Source of the DNA: Ophelia neglecta
Taxonomy: Eukaryota
DNA length: 64,000 nucleotides
Assembly: GCA_965285935.1 (NCBI GenBank)
Contig: OZ260667.1
Coordinates: 27,652,001 to 27,716,000, forward strand
Reading direction: 5' to 3'
The notes under the pieces are model-generated. The model was given only the letters and a program-made list of their open reading frames with translations, was not told where the DNA came from and did no database searches. A program made the position numbers and the translations under genes. The first letter of the stretch is position 1; each line of letters opens with the position of its first letter. Of the stretch, positions 29,255 to 42,219 are shown one piece after another.

Positions 29255-29282
29255 CTTTGGAAAAGACGGCTAGACGCTTCAT
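29255..29282 (-). CDS. Candidate alternative first coding exon (MKRLAVFSK + G, phase 1)
   Basis: ATG AAG CGT CTA GCC GTC TTT TCC AAA G|GTACGT, 28 nt. Kozak context is weak. Confidence 0.35.
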
Positions 29283-31956
29283 GAGGAGGTTTGAAACAAA
29301 TTCCCACCAGTGCTTTAAGTATGTCCTTTTTGGTAGTAGCAGTATTAGTGATACTGATAACCTTGGCCATAGGTTAATAACGAATCGTGTTAAACGCTAA
29401 GGTTGTAGATAAATCTTCCAATACTGCTGCTGTTAATTCTGATACCAGCACACTAATACCAGTGTCAAAACGATCGATGGTTAAAACTAAGCGGCTACGA
29501 TTCATAGGAATCAATAAAAGCAAAACTAACAACACCAATTTTAGCCTGCAGCGATTCTACATAATTAATATTCGCTACAGGCCTTCAATTTTGACTACAG
29601 CTACATAAATAACTGAAATGCATTAAGACGTGTATAGAAGGGGATATGCTTGATAGTCTGTAGTATGTTTATAGACAAAGCACTAAGCAATAGGCTTATA
29701 GCAAAGCGTGCCCATCACAAATAGGACTGCGCCCGCAAATTATGCCCATCATATACAAAAATGCTTACACTGGACCAAGAATAAATGATAGTTAATAATT
29801 GAATAATCCTGTTCAACATATTGACAAGCCCTAGATGCCACTCTGACAGTATCATTCTTTAGCATTTCATGCAAAAGAAATAATCAATAGTTATGAATTT
29901 CGGCACGCACCAAACAGATTGACCACTGACGCCCTGCCAGTCCAGTCACACACCCTGTAAGACCGGAAATCTGCCTCTTTCTGGAAAGAGCTTTTTTGAC
30001 CCTCCACCAGACTTTAACTTGAGAACGTTCGATCACAATGGGATAAAATAGGGTACCCAGTTTCAGCAATGCCTTAAGGAATCATGCCCCTGGGTGAAGG
30101 TGTGACAATATGGATCGGGGTCATGAGGAGGTCACACAAGACAGGACAAGGCTGACATCTTGTTAATAACGGTCTAAATGAGGCGAAGACGCCACAGCTT
30201 ACTTAATTGGGTAAGGGACAAACGGAGGTCAGAGAGGCAATGTTGGCCAACTCACGGCGATCTCAGAGCATTACATATTAAATCTCAAAGAACAGTGATT
30301 TGGTAGAATTGTAAAGATCAGGAGCGCCCAACCCTTCAACTATACACCGCTATCGCCCATGTGCTCGAAGTAAACCAAACTTTATCAAATTATTACTAGT
30401 TATTCAATTAAACACGATGTTCTCTTGCCTAAAGCGATATCCATGTGCTGGAATATTTATTCTTCTGTTTATGACAAAAACAATTTCTTCTTGTGAAAAT
30501 AACTCTTTGGTGTACTTCACGTAATATTTGTGCATAAGTCAAACCGAAAAGTAAAAGACCATTGTTATAGATAGTAAACATTTGATTGGCGCGGGCAATT
30601 ATTCCCTTGGTCCTTTGGATTTTAAAGGTTATTTCACCGCCAATTTACATCAACACATAATATTATGGCTAGCCAAACAAACCTTAACATCTAAGAACAC
30701 ATTAAAGGTTAGTCTGTTTTGAAAGGTTGCCGACTAACAGTTCCGGAGGGTAGTGCTAGAAGAAAAGGTAGAAGAAAATAACTGTTATCTTCCAGGCATC
30801 ACTGTCACTGCCAGACTGCTGTACAAAATTAGATTTCTTAAATCAGCATTCTAATAAGTTGATATTGCCGACAGAGATAGAACAGCGGAAAAAACAGGCC
30901 CGCAGCGGCATCGACAAATGGATTATACCGTAGGTTAGGTCGGATTTCTTTTGTGGGATCATCTTTTTCATCCTAACCTGACGAGATTGGCCTAGCTGCC
31001 GGCGCAAATGCTTATTAGTTGATTACAAATAGCGCTAGCTTTAGGGTGAATTGGATCAATCAGTTTTTATTGCAAAAGCGGCTTTACAAGGTCTGCCGAG
31101 AGATGTACGGTGATATCGGTGTACTGTGTGCATTCATTTTGTTAATTGCATGCAATCAATACAAATGCGCACATAATTGGTGGAATAGTTTGAAGTCAGT
31201 TCACATTTTTCATCAATAATTATTGTGGTAGTAACAAGAACAAACAAATTCTGAAAAACGTACATATAATATAGTTAAAGACGAAATTACGAGATAGTTT
31301 CACTTGAATATGCAGAAGTAGTAAACTATGTAAATTGGGATACAATACTGTATTTCAGTGGTTTATCTATATAGTTTATATGAAGTCGAACCGCTATATT
31401 TTTCTTCCGTGCAGCTTTCAATGTGATACATCACGATGTAATCTAACATGTTCCAAATTGAATCAATTTGCCACATTCAGAATCCAGTTTTATTTGCACA
31501 TCGATGCCCAGGGAAACGGAAATTCACACTGCGCGTGTCTCAATTATGAGCAGACCGGCCGATAATATATCGCAAAGACGTGCACACTCTTAAATATGAA
31601 CACGTTTGAAATCAACTGCAGCCGTATAACATGTGCAATTGGATTGAATGCCTTTGAGTTAATAGATGAGTTGGGGGACCGGGCAAATTGGGTACAGAAC
31701 AGCCTCCACTCGGGTGTGGCATGCATATGACACAACAAGAGCGCTTGGAAGCCTTACTAATTATAGGAATATTGAATCAATGGCACCGGACTGTTCCGAA
31801 GAAGCAAATCGTATCATTTTACTTATGAATGTTGTCAGAGAGGTATTTTGTTACATCCCTATGGGTAGTTCATCTCGGGCAAACCGGTGTAGTACATTTA
31901 CAACACCGAACCAAAAACGTTAGTTGGACATGGTTATTTGTTTAAATCGAAATTAC

Positions 31957-31987
31957 CTTTGGAAAGAAAGGACACAATATCCTTCAT
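31957..31987 (-). CDS. Candidate alternative first coding exon (MKDIVSFLSK + G, phase 1)
   Basis: ATG AAG GAT ATT GTG TCC TTT CTT TCC AAA G|GTAATT, 31 nt. Confidence 0.3.
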
Positions 31988-32479
31988 AAAGGTACAATAA
32001 ACATATCATAGATTATGGGCGGACAATATTCTGAAACATGTCCCTTACCAAATATCAAATGAATGGAAAACAATTTATACCAACATTCGAAATTGAGAAT
32101 GATTTCTAATCAACATATATTTCTTTCATTGTGAATTCAAATTTAAATTCCATAACTTAATTTCAAATCACCATATCCATATTTCAATAATTTTTGGTCA
32201 ATGACGTTTTCAAAACACACGCATTGAAGTTAACCATTTTACATGTGAATAAGGTACAAACTCGCAATACTTTTATCTGCAAATGAGTCAATAGACAGAC
32301 CATCGAGCGCCAGGAGAATGGGGCAGACGACATTGCCTTAACACGTGGTGCAGTTTGATTGGTTCGTGCTTTAAAACACGATGATCATTTCCACGTCTAT
32401 TAAACCGACAGATACAGAACGAAAGGACAAGCCGACAAAGAGCAGTCACACAGCTGCTTATAAAAATACGCATAATTAC

Positions 32480-32501
32480 CCTTTAGTTTCCCCCATGACA
32501 T
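32480..32501 (-). CDS. Candidate alternative first coding exon (MSWGKLK + G, phase 1)
   Basis: gccATG TCA TGG GGG AAA CTA AAG G|GTAATT, 22 nt, good Kozak context. A nearer ATG gives phase 2. Confidence 0.3.
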
Positions 32502-32629
32502 GGCAAAACACAACAATATCATCATATATTAGTGCATCATTTTAGCTTTCTCTAATCAGCAGAAACAGACTGACGTATATGATGGTGATCAGTTGTAAAG
32601 ACTAGTGATTGAAGAAAGTAGATACTCAC

Positions 32630-32668
32630 GTGGCCTAATACGTTGCATTGTAGCGGCAAGTCCCGTAC
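32630..32668 (-). CDS. 39-nt internal exon, symmetric (phase 1-1 reading: G-TGLAATMQRIRP-)
   Basis: Pyrimidine-rich acceptor ttgtcttgttgttttAG, then GTACGGGACTTGCCGCTACAATGCAACGTATTAGGCCAC, then donor GTGAGT. Length is divisible by 3 and the frame is open. Confidence 0.6.
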
Positions 32669-33489
32669 CTAAAACAACAAGACAAAGGTGAGGTGGGGTT
32701 ATATCTGAATTATTCACACAGCTCTCGATACCGCGGCAAAATCAATCGATAAGCCAGGGTATCGATCAATGATTAAGATTAACTCGCCTACTGAAACAAA
32801 TTGAAGTTTTAACACTTGAGCCACGGCTTTCAAAGAACTGCTCGAGTCTTGTCCCAATATACTTTGTATTCATGTATGATAGAAATAACTATAAGACATG
32901 ACTATTTTATTATGTATGGTTATAATATGAAAGCACCGGGGTAAACATAGTTTGTTTTATAAGCGATTAATGAAAAAACACTCATAAACAAATGTACCGA
33001 TCAGTTGACGGGTATATATCGTGAGTATATTTTTAAGACATCGAAATTCGAGATGCTATTTTTCACACGCCATTAAATTTAGGAGGGCATATTACTAGTC
33101 ATAGACAAGGTCTTTCAATTTTAGGCCTACCCAATAGCATGAAGTTCCGCGCAGAGTCCTTAAAAAGGCGACTTAATATTGTCTGATGACAGGCAACTCT
33201 GAATGTACATTGGTGTATATCTATGTAAACTATGCAGGAATTATTCAAAACACAAAAAACTTTTGCTTTATGAATGAAAGATAAACCTGTAATACGAATA
33301 TCAAGTTATGACTGACGCTTTTCCTGGAAAGGATAAATTATTTATATGATTGTCATGGACCATTTTTTTTTGCACAGAAAGGCTTCATCACTATTATAAT
33401 ATAGGTTAATCTTTATATAAAGAAACGAAACAAAAATCAACGGTAGATAATATAATAAATTATTGCATTGTGTTGGAGATGCAAGACGT

Positions 33490-34780
33490 CACTGAAAATC
33501 CTTGGCCAAGAAAACCTTAGTCAAAATGACTAAGTTGGCTTAGTCAATTGACTGTTGCTTATTTACTGCTCAAAACGTAGTCACTGCTAGTCCAATGACT
33601 AGCAAAATTAGAGACAACTGAATATGTTTACTATAGTCATATGACTCTTTCTACTTTAGTGAAATGACTACCCAAATTTGAGTTAATCAATCAATCAGAA
33701 GTGCAAAAATGAGTTTAAGCCTTTTATTTCACAATTAACAACAAAGGTACAATTCCGATGGAATGATTGTGGTCTTTAACACTGCCACGTTAATAGTTAC
33801 AAAATACCCTATGTAGAACAACTGCGTGGATGTGCAACGGCTGACATCTCGAGGGCGCCAAGTTACATTGACTTCATTCATTCTCTTTGAGACGTTTCAT
33901 CTTTTTACATAATCTGGTTATCATTTTTCAATGCTATGAGTGCTTAGGAAATAGAATCATATATTATAATTGGTGATCGACATGAGAACGTTGGTAAAGA
34001 CTTGATTTTCACATACTTACACTGCACCACTAGACTTTTTCTCAACGGAATTTTCCAGACCGTGGCGACTTCCGGTGAAATTACGCGTGCGCAGGAGGTA
34101 AAAGCTTACACTACTTGTCATTGCTGGCGAATGTGCTAAGTAGTGTAAGGAAAGTGTATTACTTGGTTTTTCCGACCGATGGGGTTGAAACAGCCCTCTC
34201 AAGCTGGAGACCTTGGAGGTTGGAGTTCCAGCATGCTATTGCTGGACCACCGAAACTCCACTGGACAGTTAGTGAGACATGATAGTAAGAGCGAGGGGAG
34301 GGGGGGGGGGGGTCGCATCGGGAATTTTTCCCTCCTGTACACTATTACACGTCAATTTATGCGCTATGCTCCATTATAGTATAAGCAGTAAGTTCGTATA
34401 TATATTGAGTAATCTCCATAAAAGTTTAAGCCAAAACAAATCAATCACAAATAAATGTTTTTTTTTGTACATTGTGGCTTTGCCTATTAACAGCCATGTG
34501 TTGTTTATGGTTTTTGTCTATTTGAACATCAATGATGTTTGTCGAGGAAAATAAGCACATATATATAAGAGACTGAAATAACTAAATCAATTTGACTAAG
34601 TGTTTTTTGGAAATAGTTAGCAGTTTTGACTAGGTTACCTTAGTCATTTGACCAACAGGCATTTGACCAAGGATACCCAAGTCATTTGACCTAATATGTC
34701 ATAGTCATTTGACCAGCTGCACTGTGACTAACCAAACCTAGTCAAATTGCGGAATTTTTCTTAGTCAAGGATTTTCAGTG
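33490..34780. mobile_element. Non-autonomous DNA transposon of CMC type (Chapaev/EnSpm-like), 1291 bp
   Basis: TIRs CACTGAAAATCCTTGGCCAAGAAAA / TTTTCTTAGTCAAGGATTTTCAGTG (23/25 match). ACGT on both flanks (33486-33489, 34781-34784). Many subterminal TAGTCA..TGACT repeats at both ends. Confidence 0.85.
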
Positions 34781-36119
34781 ACGTCGTTCTCCCATTAATT
34801 ATGACAGCTTTTTATGGATCCGGCTGTAGAATATATTTCATATCTCCTGAGTACGTGTCTCTTTAGTGTTTTGTGACCTAGATTAACCTTTGAATATGAC
34901 AAACCTTCTTTGCATTTAAGGAACTTATGATTGTAGATTAAAAAACAGAATACCAATAAAAACATGGAATGCGTAATCTGCCTCGTATGCAGTTTTTGCT
35001 GCACTTATGCAAGAGGCAAATATGCGTTGATAAAATCAAGAATTGGCTGCAAAGATGTGCAAAGTACTTTTCCTCTTTTTTAAACAGATAATATGGTTCA
35101 TTCGTTTCCTAAGTATTGGCGTCCGTCTCAGGAGGGCCTACATACATAATCAAGTAGACAATCTAGATGCTAGTGGATGCATTGTGATTGATATCCCTAA
35201 AGTCACACGGGCCAAAAGCTACAGCATGATGTATGAGTCATGTCTCAGGCGTCGCTCCGTAGTCGTTTTTTAGCCCTCAAAAAGGGGCAGTAAACCAAGC
35301 ATGCAGCCACCAGACCCAGTCTGGGGTCCGCGCTGTGACAGGCGGGCTTTGTGCCCTAGAAATGATACCCTCTTACAGTAGTGTTATAGGAACGCATTTC
35401 TTTTATGGGAGACTACTGAACAAGTGCTTATAACGCATTTTTAAAGGATAAACCCGTTTCGTTGGCTATGCCGGGGGTTACCGACCAGGAAATTGCCACA
35501 GTCACGTTTAAGCCCCGGAAGCAATCAACCAAGCAGAATGATTCACTATTCGTCTTCCTTGTTATGCATATCTCGGTTGCTTATTTCATCTTATTCCAAT
35601 GTTTATCATGAGATGCCGATACAGTTTAAGTTTCTATCAGCAGATCTGAGGAGAAATGCCATAACTAAGAAAAAAGAAGCTTAGGGAGATGATTTGTTTG
35701 GTAGTTTCATGTATGTTCAGAAGAGATAATTGAAAAGAATAAACTAGATAACTGAAAGAAATAAACTAGATTTTAACTTCATTCAAATTCACGAGAAAAA
35801 AACTCTATGATAGCACGAAGCAACGCTCTGAAGGTTAACATAAAAGATGGACCGAGCGACGTGTACCGCAAAGTGAATTTCAAGCTCACAGTATAGGACT
35901 ATTATGAGGTTATTAAAACTGCGTGTTTTTGTTATGGGCAAGGGCAGTTATTGGGGATTTTGAAGCGGGTATAACCGTAATGGATGGCGGCCTGATTGTC
36001 AGTCGCTGCCCGATATAATAGACTAACTAGCAAACTAGCGGTGTCTAGCGAATAATAAAGCAGTGTGGTTCAGGGGGCTTGCTTTCCATTTGATTCTGGC
36101 TGGAATTATCGAGACTTAC

Positions 36120-36141
36120 CCCCGGGGGATTGATGGCCCAT
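36120..36141 (-). CDS. Candidate alternative first coding exon (MGHQSPG + G, phase 1)
   Basis: gacATG GGC CAT CAA TCC CCC GGG G|GTAAGT. Strong Kozak context (G-3, G+4) and a consensus donor, 22 nt. Confidence 0.45.
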
Positions 36142-36251
36142 GTCGATTATGTGAGACTGCGATCTGGTGTCGGTCCAGGAAGCATGTGCGGCCTAACCGG
36201 ACTTGTAATGGCTGTCTATGATCGACATAAGGATCAGGCACCAGTCTAAAG

Positions 36252-37223
36252 CACAGGTGCTAGTGTCAATGTCAATGCTACCCACTGTGTATAAGAGCGA
36301 AGCGAAAGGTGGGAAACGTAAGCTGTACACAGCCGGCGTAAAAAGTGCGATAACTCCGATAATATCCAAGTCATGGCGAAAAACAAACCAGATTCCGGTA
36401 GACGAGAAATCCAGCTTCCTGACTGGAAATAAAAATCGACAAGATTTAGTCATGTCATGTGACAGTGATTTAATTCATGCGCGTGACCCTGATAATGAAA
36501 TCGAGGCGAAATTCGGTTGTCCGTCGTCTGTCATTATTTTGTGCGAATAAATATGAAAATCTTCGCGTTCCTAACACTCCATGTAATATAAACGCGCAAT
36601 TCAGTTATCGTTAGAGTTCTTTTCCGATGTAGGCTACTTATATATATTTTCACGCCCTAGACTTGATAATATAGCGAATTGTAGCATCCTATTTCACGGT
36701 CTTTTGCTGTACGACAGCGCCATATTGCCGTAGTACTACGTCACTTTCAAAATGGACGACACGAGAGAACTTTCAGGTACAGAAGTTGACCAAAAAGCAC
36801 TTTGTGCATCACTGAGATTATTTGTTTGGCATGAATGTTAGTAACAGTCAAATATAGTGTACAGAGAATCTGTGGAACGTCAATCAGCATTCCATGGACT
36901 AGGTGTACGCTATAAATATACTAATGAACCGGTGTGACATAGATTTGAAATATAGACAACTGAATTTCGCGCTGTTTTGCCTCATTAATATGCGGGCAAC
37001 AGGAATGGTTGGCGCTGAAGTAGGCAGTCCCACGCATAAATGAATAAAAATATCGGGAAGCTGGATTTCTCGTCTACCGGAATCTGGTTTGTTTTTCGCC
37101 ATGACTTGGATATTATCGGAGTTATCGCACTTTTTACGCCGGCTGTGTACAGCTTACGTTTCCCACCTTTCGCTTCGCTCTTATACACAGTGGGTAGCAT
37201 TGACATTGACACTAGCACCTGTG
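36252..37223. mobile_element. Non-autonomous DNA transposon with 168-bp TIRs and 8-bp TSD (P-element-like or hAT-like), 972 bp
   Basis: 36252-36419 is the reverse complement of 37056-37223 with no mismatch seen. Termini are CACAG..CTGTG. GTCTAAAG is duplicated at 36244-36251 and 37224-37231. Confidence 0.93.
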
Positions 37224-40200
37224 GTCTAAAGAGGTCAACTGTCGTTCTTAATTCATTATACATACTATAAAAGCTCGCCCTGATCATGAAATATGGCTAA
37301 TCTATATTTCACTTGGGTGGCAAACTATATTAGCGTATATAAAGAGAGGCCAGTTATACTCCCTGAATAATCATTTTGGCAACCTGGCCGTTAGGGCCTA
37401 ATTAGATCATACTTTTGGTCCTCACTGGTGTAATAATGTCGGCAAGTGCGCAACATGGATTCAGCAAGAAGCAGCATGGAGCATTGAATTGTGACATGAT
37501 GTGAACTGGGAGTAACGCGCGGAGTTTCCGCTATCCATGGACACAAAACCGACTACGACTACGGCTCAAGTCCCCAAGTTCCGTCCTTCTTGAAATGCTT
37601 GGCCATCATCATTATCACAACTAAAGAAATCATAAGCCGCAATTATTTCGATGATAAACATGCATCAGAGAAGTAATGGAACAGTTAAACATGTTTAACA
37701 ATGAGTTGGCTGTCATTAATATTTCCCTGTTTTCTCGTAACATTAGCATACAAAGTGTGTTCGAGTCCACAACAGTTTGACGTGAGCTAAATACAAGGTT
37801 GGAAGCCATGGAGCAACCATACTAATTTTTACCAAAGGGTGTATTCCCTATGTTGGACTTCAGAAGGCAATTTCTCTTTGCATAGTTGACATACACCTGC
37901 TGGTGGTATAATCTCAGAGACAAGAGAACCAGTGTTATAGATAACACTGGTATAGTATAGACTGAGGTTAATATTGGTAATATTCACTTGCACATTCACA
38001 GCCCTGATATTAATTTTAGCTCGTCTGACTAATACAATGTCAGCCGAGAAGACCTGCCAGCATTAATTGACGTCCGCCAGGCCAGGCAAATGAGACTCCA
38101 TTTACTCCAGGGTGTGGCATTTTACGGTCATAAAACATCGATGCAGACAATAGTGACTGGGCGCAAATGAACCTGTCTATTCTTAAACATTTACTGCTCT
38201 CCGGATAAACTGACCCTTGAATGATAAATGTAGGCCTTTTTATCACCGTCCGAGTGGTGCCTAAATGAGTTTGCAGTCGTTCGGTCAATGGGACCTTGTC
38301 ATAAAACACTATGAATAAACCAGTAGCCCTAGCAGAGTTTATGATGTGTAAGAAACGCAAGGGATGGAGTCATTCCTGAATGATGATGATCCAGGGTTAG
38401 CAAGTGCTCTTAGAAAGCGGCCACAGCCACCCTCACTGCCAATGATCATAGCAACGCCAGTTTAAAAATATTTTGTAGAAGCTCAATTATCCTTCCAAAA
38501 TATTTAGTGGATGACGGTTAAATAATCAAAATTGGTATACTCTGTCTCAGTGTGAGAGTTTTCTTTATGACCAACATAACGTTGATTTCACAGCACTAGA
38601 CTCCTAAGGTCTACCATAAAATCTTGCCCATAAACGTCTAAAAACAAGAAATTTAAAAATCTTGTCCCCCGTCTACGGAAAAGAATTTATATCGACAAGT
38701 AGTTCAGAAGAAGACAAAGCAAAGGTATGTTTCGATAAATCGAAAGAGCTATTGTATATCATGTACTTCCTTACATATTCAGATTCAATCAATGTTCAGT
38801 AAATACAAAATAAATCATAACTAAATCTACGTGATGTGATCTCGCACTTTTGACATAACGGATTCTTAACCAGCAAGGTTAAGCAGATAAATTACTAGCA
38901 CAATTAATGTTTGAAACTTGCTTTTCTCTTAAATGTGGTAAATTATTTATATTATCACGGGTGTAGCTTGTATATGTGGAAATAAAATAGATTCAATATG
39001 ATATGTGGACCTTAAAGTCGAAGTCCCTCGCTTTTGATGTACACGCTGTTATGTGGCAGTACATGACAGATTCGATAACTAGACTGTACCTCATTACTAA
39101 ATTTCAGGAAGCAGTTCATCGAAAAACATCACCTGGGAATATTTCCATGTTTCCAGGATGTCACTATTTAATTGGAGAAGATGCGTAACTTCCAGTTTAC
39201 TAAGTCTTGTCTACTATGTAAACAATTTATCTCTTCTGTGGATGGAATGACAGAAACAGTCTCCTGTTACAGTGATTTCCTTTTTTTGCCAATTGGAAGC
39301 TCTATTCCAAAAACTAGCTGCAATCGAGTTCACCATGGCAACCAATGTTCATTCACATTGACTATTCCTCAGATATGGTCAAAATTGCCGGGATTTGTCT
39401 TTTAAATAGTTTTAGCAACCAAGCAAGATGGCAAAATAAGCCACATCAGGTTGTAAGATTATACTGTTAAAGATCATTGGACATAGGCCAATAAAGGACA
39501 TATCACAAGATGTCCAAAGAAAATTTATAAAAATAGGGCTTAACTTTATACTTGAGAGACTCAAAGCCTAGTAACGATGACAGTATTGGAAACACTGAGA
39601 CCATCAATCATAACATGCTACAAGGTGACAACAATAACGCATGAAATAAAAGGGTGCTTTATTTGGGATTCACGATACCATGATTTCCGAAAGATTATAA
39701 CGCTGGCGAAAAGAAATATAATGATTCAACGCTCAGTTCCGCAATAACAAATACTACTAACATCTTACTCTAACCAATTATTGTGCTTTTCATTATTATG
39801 AATCAGGAAATGGTTTCCTCAAGGGACGCAGGATGTCATTTGATTACAGAGCATTCTCCTGCTTCCATACCAGTTAGCAGCCAGCGCCATTTCTTGGCTT
39901 GGGTGTGTAATTCCCGGTTAGTAAAGGAACTGAACTGTTGAATCTGGTTGCATGGCGGACACTAAGACTGTTCATGTGTAAGCAGTCACAAGGGATGGCT
40001 CCTGGGGCCAGAAGCAGACCCGTCAGTCGGGCGAGAGGCACCGAGGTTTCGGTCCTGTCTCGAACTGTCAGACCCAGACGTGTGTCAAGCAACTGATGGG
40101 ATCAGTCCCGGAAAATGGAAGGGGCGAACCGGCTTATCATCTTTTTAACTGAAACGTATTTTTAGCAGGATCAGTGTTCTTCTAAAGACGCAAAGTAAGA

Positions 40201-41024
40201 GTGCTTTTACGGTTGAAGAGTTCGCTTTGGTTTAACGCTTTAGGGAAAGCTATGACATTTCTGATATCAAAGTCGATGCAATCAAAGCTGGCCATCGGCC
40301 CTGGTTTATCTTGATGGTTGGGTGGACAGTGATCAAGTCAGATGTCTCCTGAAGACTCCATTAGGATACATTTTTTGATCACCATGTGGGCTATAATCCT
40401 CCAATATAGTACGGGGTCAACTTCCGACTTAAACTGAGCTCACAGGCATACGTGAACAGATACGAGAGCGTTTGCTGAATGACAAACATCTGTCAGGCAG
40501 GCCCAGGAATAGTGGGCTTCACTGCATAATACTCATTGCTGTATCCGCGATATTCTAAATGAACCACGTGATTATGAAAATGGAAAATGGCCTTTTTGAA
40601 CATAATTACAGTCGTTCGTGCGTGTTAGCTCATGTTATTAGAGGCGTCGGAACTTTCCATTATGAATCGATAAAATTGCATATTATTAGAAGAATTGCTC
40701 ATTATTTGAACCTTTTTAAAATAATCGAGCGAAAAAGAATGCCACTTATCTGTACAAACCCTAAACAGTGACTTTGAGTTTCAAGGTCATTTGGTTTAAG
40801 ATTCAGTTATAGTAAATAGCCCATTGTGGTGTTCGTCACTTCCGCTAGGTATTGAAAAGCTATCTAAAAAGTTGTCGATATTTTGCCATGCACACAATAT
40901 TTCGGAATCGATTACCACTCATTGAAATACCCTGGGGAAAAGCCATTATCGATCCAGAGACTTTGCCACATGATCTACATCTGATTCAGTAAAACAACAT
41001 GTCGATTATCACATTACTTCGCCG

Positions 41025-41030
41025 TATATA

Positions 41031-41061
<31 letters not shown>
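41025..41061. repeat. (TA)n microsatellite
   Basis: TA run with one CA interruption. Confidence 0.9.
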
Positions 41062-42219
41062 CGATCTTTTGATCACCCGTGTTATTCAATCTTGGTTAAC
41101 ATATATTGTGTGACCTCTATAGAGCTATTTTTCCATCCTCATTCACCGTATCCGGTGGATTTATTTGGTAAAATCAAGGAACTTATTAGCGTAACATATT
41201 ATTTTAACAGCCCAAAAAAGGGTTACCAAGAGTCAGGAAATAATCTATCAAACTGCTTTATTGGCGCCTTCCGTGCGACTGAGGAGATGTGTTAAGATCT
41301 ATATAGCTGATTCCCCACGGTGTACACTAAATAATAGGTGGTCCTGGCTGGCTGGCAACCAATACTTTTTGTTCCCAGTCACTCGGGAAATGTTCCAATG
41401 GAGTGGTAGCTTAGGGTATTATATAACCTTTATAGATAGGAGTTTTATAGATAATAGATATGAGACAATACAATGTACAATGTATATCGAACCCCATTGG
41501 AGGTTTTTATAATTGGGGCGTGTAAAAAGGTTTGAAGCCGGAGCTGGGAAATGAGAAACAATAATTCTCTGTAGAGTCACGTCTACCAAGTCTTGTAGAG
41601 CTACATCGATTAAACCCCACCTATCAGAGCAAAGAATAAATGTATAGATCACATAGGTCTGTTTTATAAATCGAAACCAGTCATAATCTACATCAAAACC
41701 GTAATATTGATGTGGTAATGTTCTAGCACACATAATTAATGTATGAGGTTAACCTATTTCAGCCAACTTTGTACTTTTGATTACTATAATATTACTTATT
41801 ATAATTTGCAAGCCTTGCGCACGTTTCATTTCGATCCAAAAGTCGAGTATTAGGCGGCACTCCTGCCCGTTTGTTAAATGGCTATCATGATGTGTTCCCG
41901 AGCGTCAGTGACAAGAGGAGGGCCAACATATTGACAACTTCTGGACATCCCATTGTTTGGAATACTAAACTGGCTTAAAGACTAGGGGGAATTCGGTAAC
42001 TATAATTATTGACCTCAAAACGTTATAAGTAAAGTAATCCTCGAATGATTTCTATTGACATTTTACTACGAAGTGGATTTTCCGACACTATTTAAATAAT
42101 AAACAGCGTTCCTTGCAACTGCTGTTGTTCTTTGTTGGGGTTAATCCTCAAGAGAGAACTGTCCGCTAAACTTAGTTAACCCAGTTCATCGGACCTTGAA
42201 AACACAATCATCGCTCTAG

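Noticed and set aside
29956-30275. TGTAA..TTACA segment as a solo LTR
   Set aside because: No TSD; the terminal match could be chance.
31660-31770. SINE-tail-like sequence (aagagcgcttggaagcc..tatag)
   Set aside because: No tRNA-like A/B boxes, TSD or second copy visible.
36193-37287. Duplicated ORF pairs (QVLVSMSMLPTVYKSEAKGG.. and KLDFSSTGIWF..) as paralogous genes
   Set aside because: They are simply the two arms of the 168-bp terminal inverted repeat.
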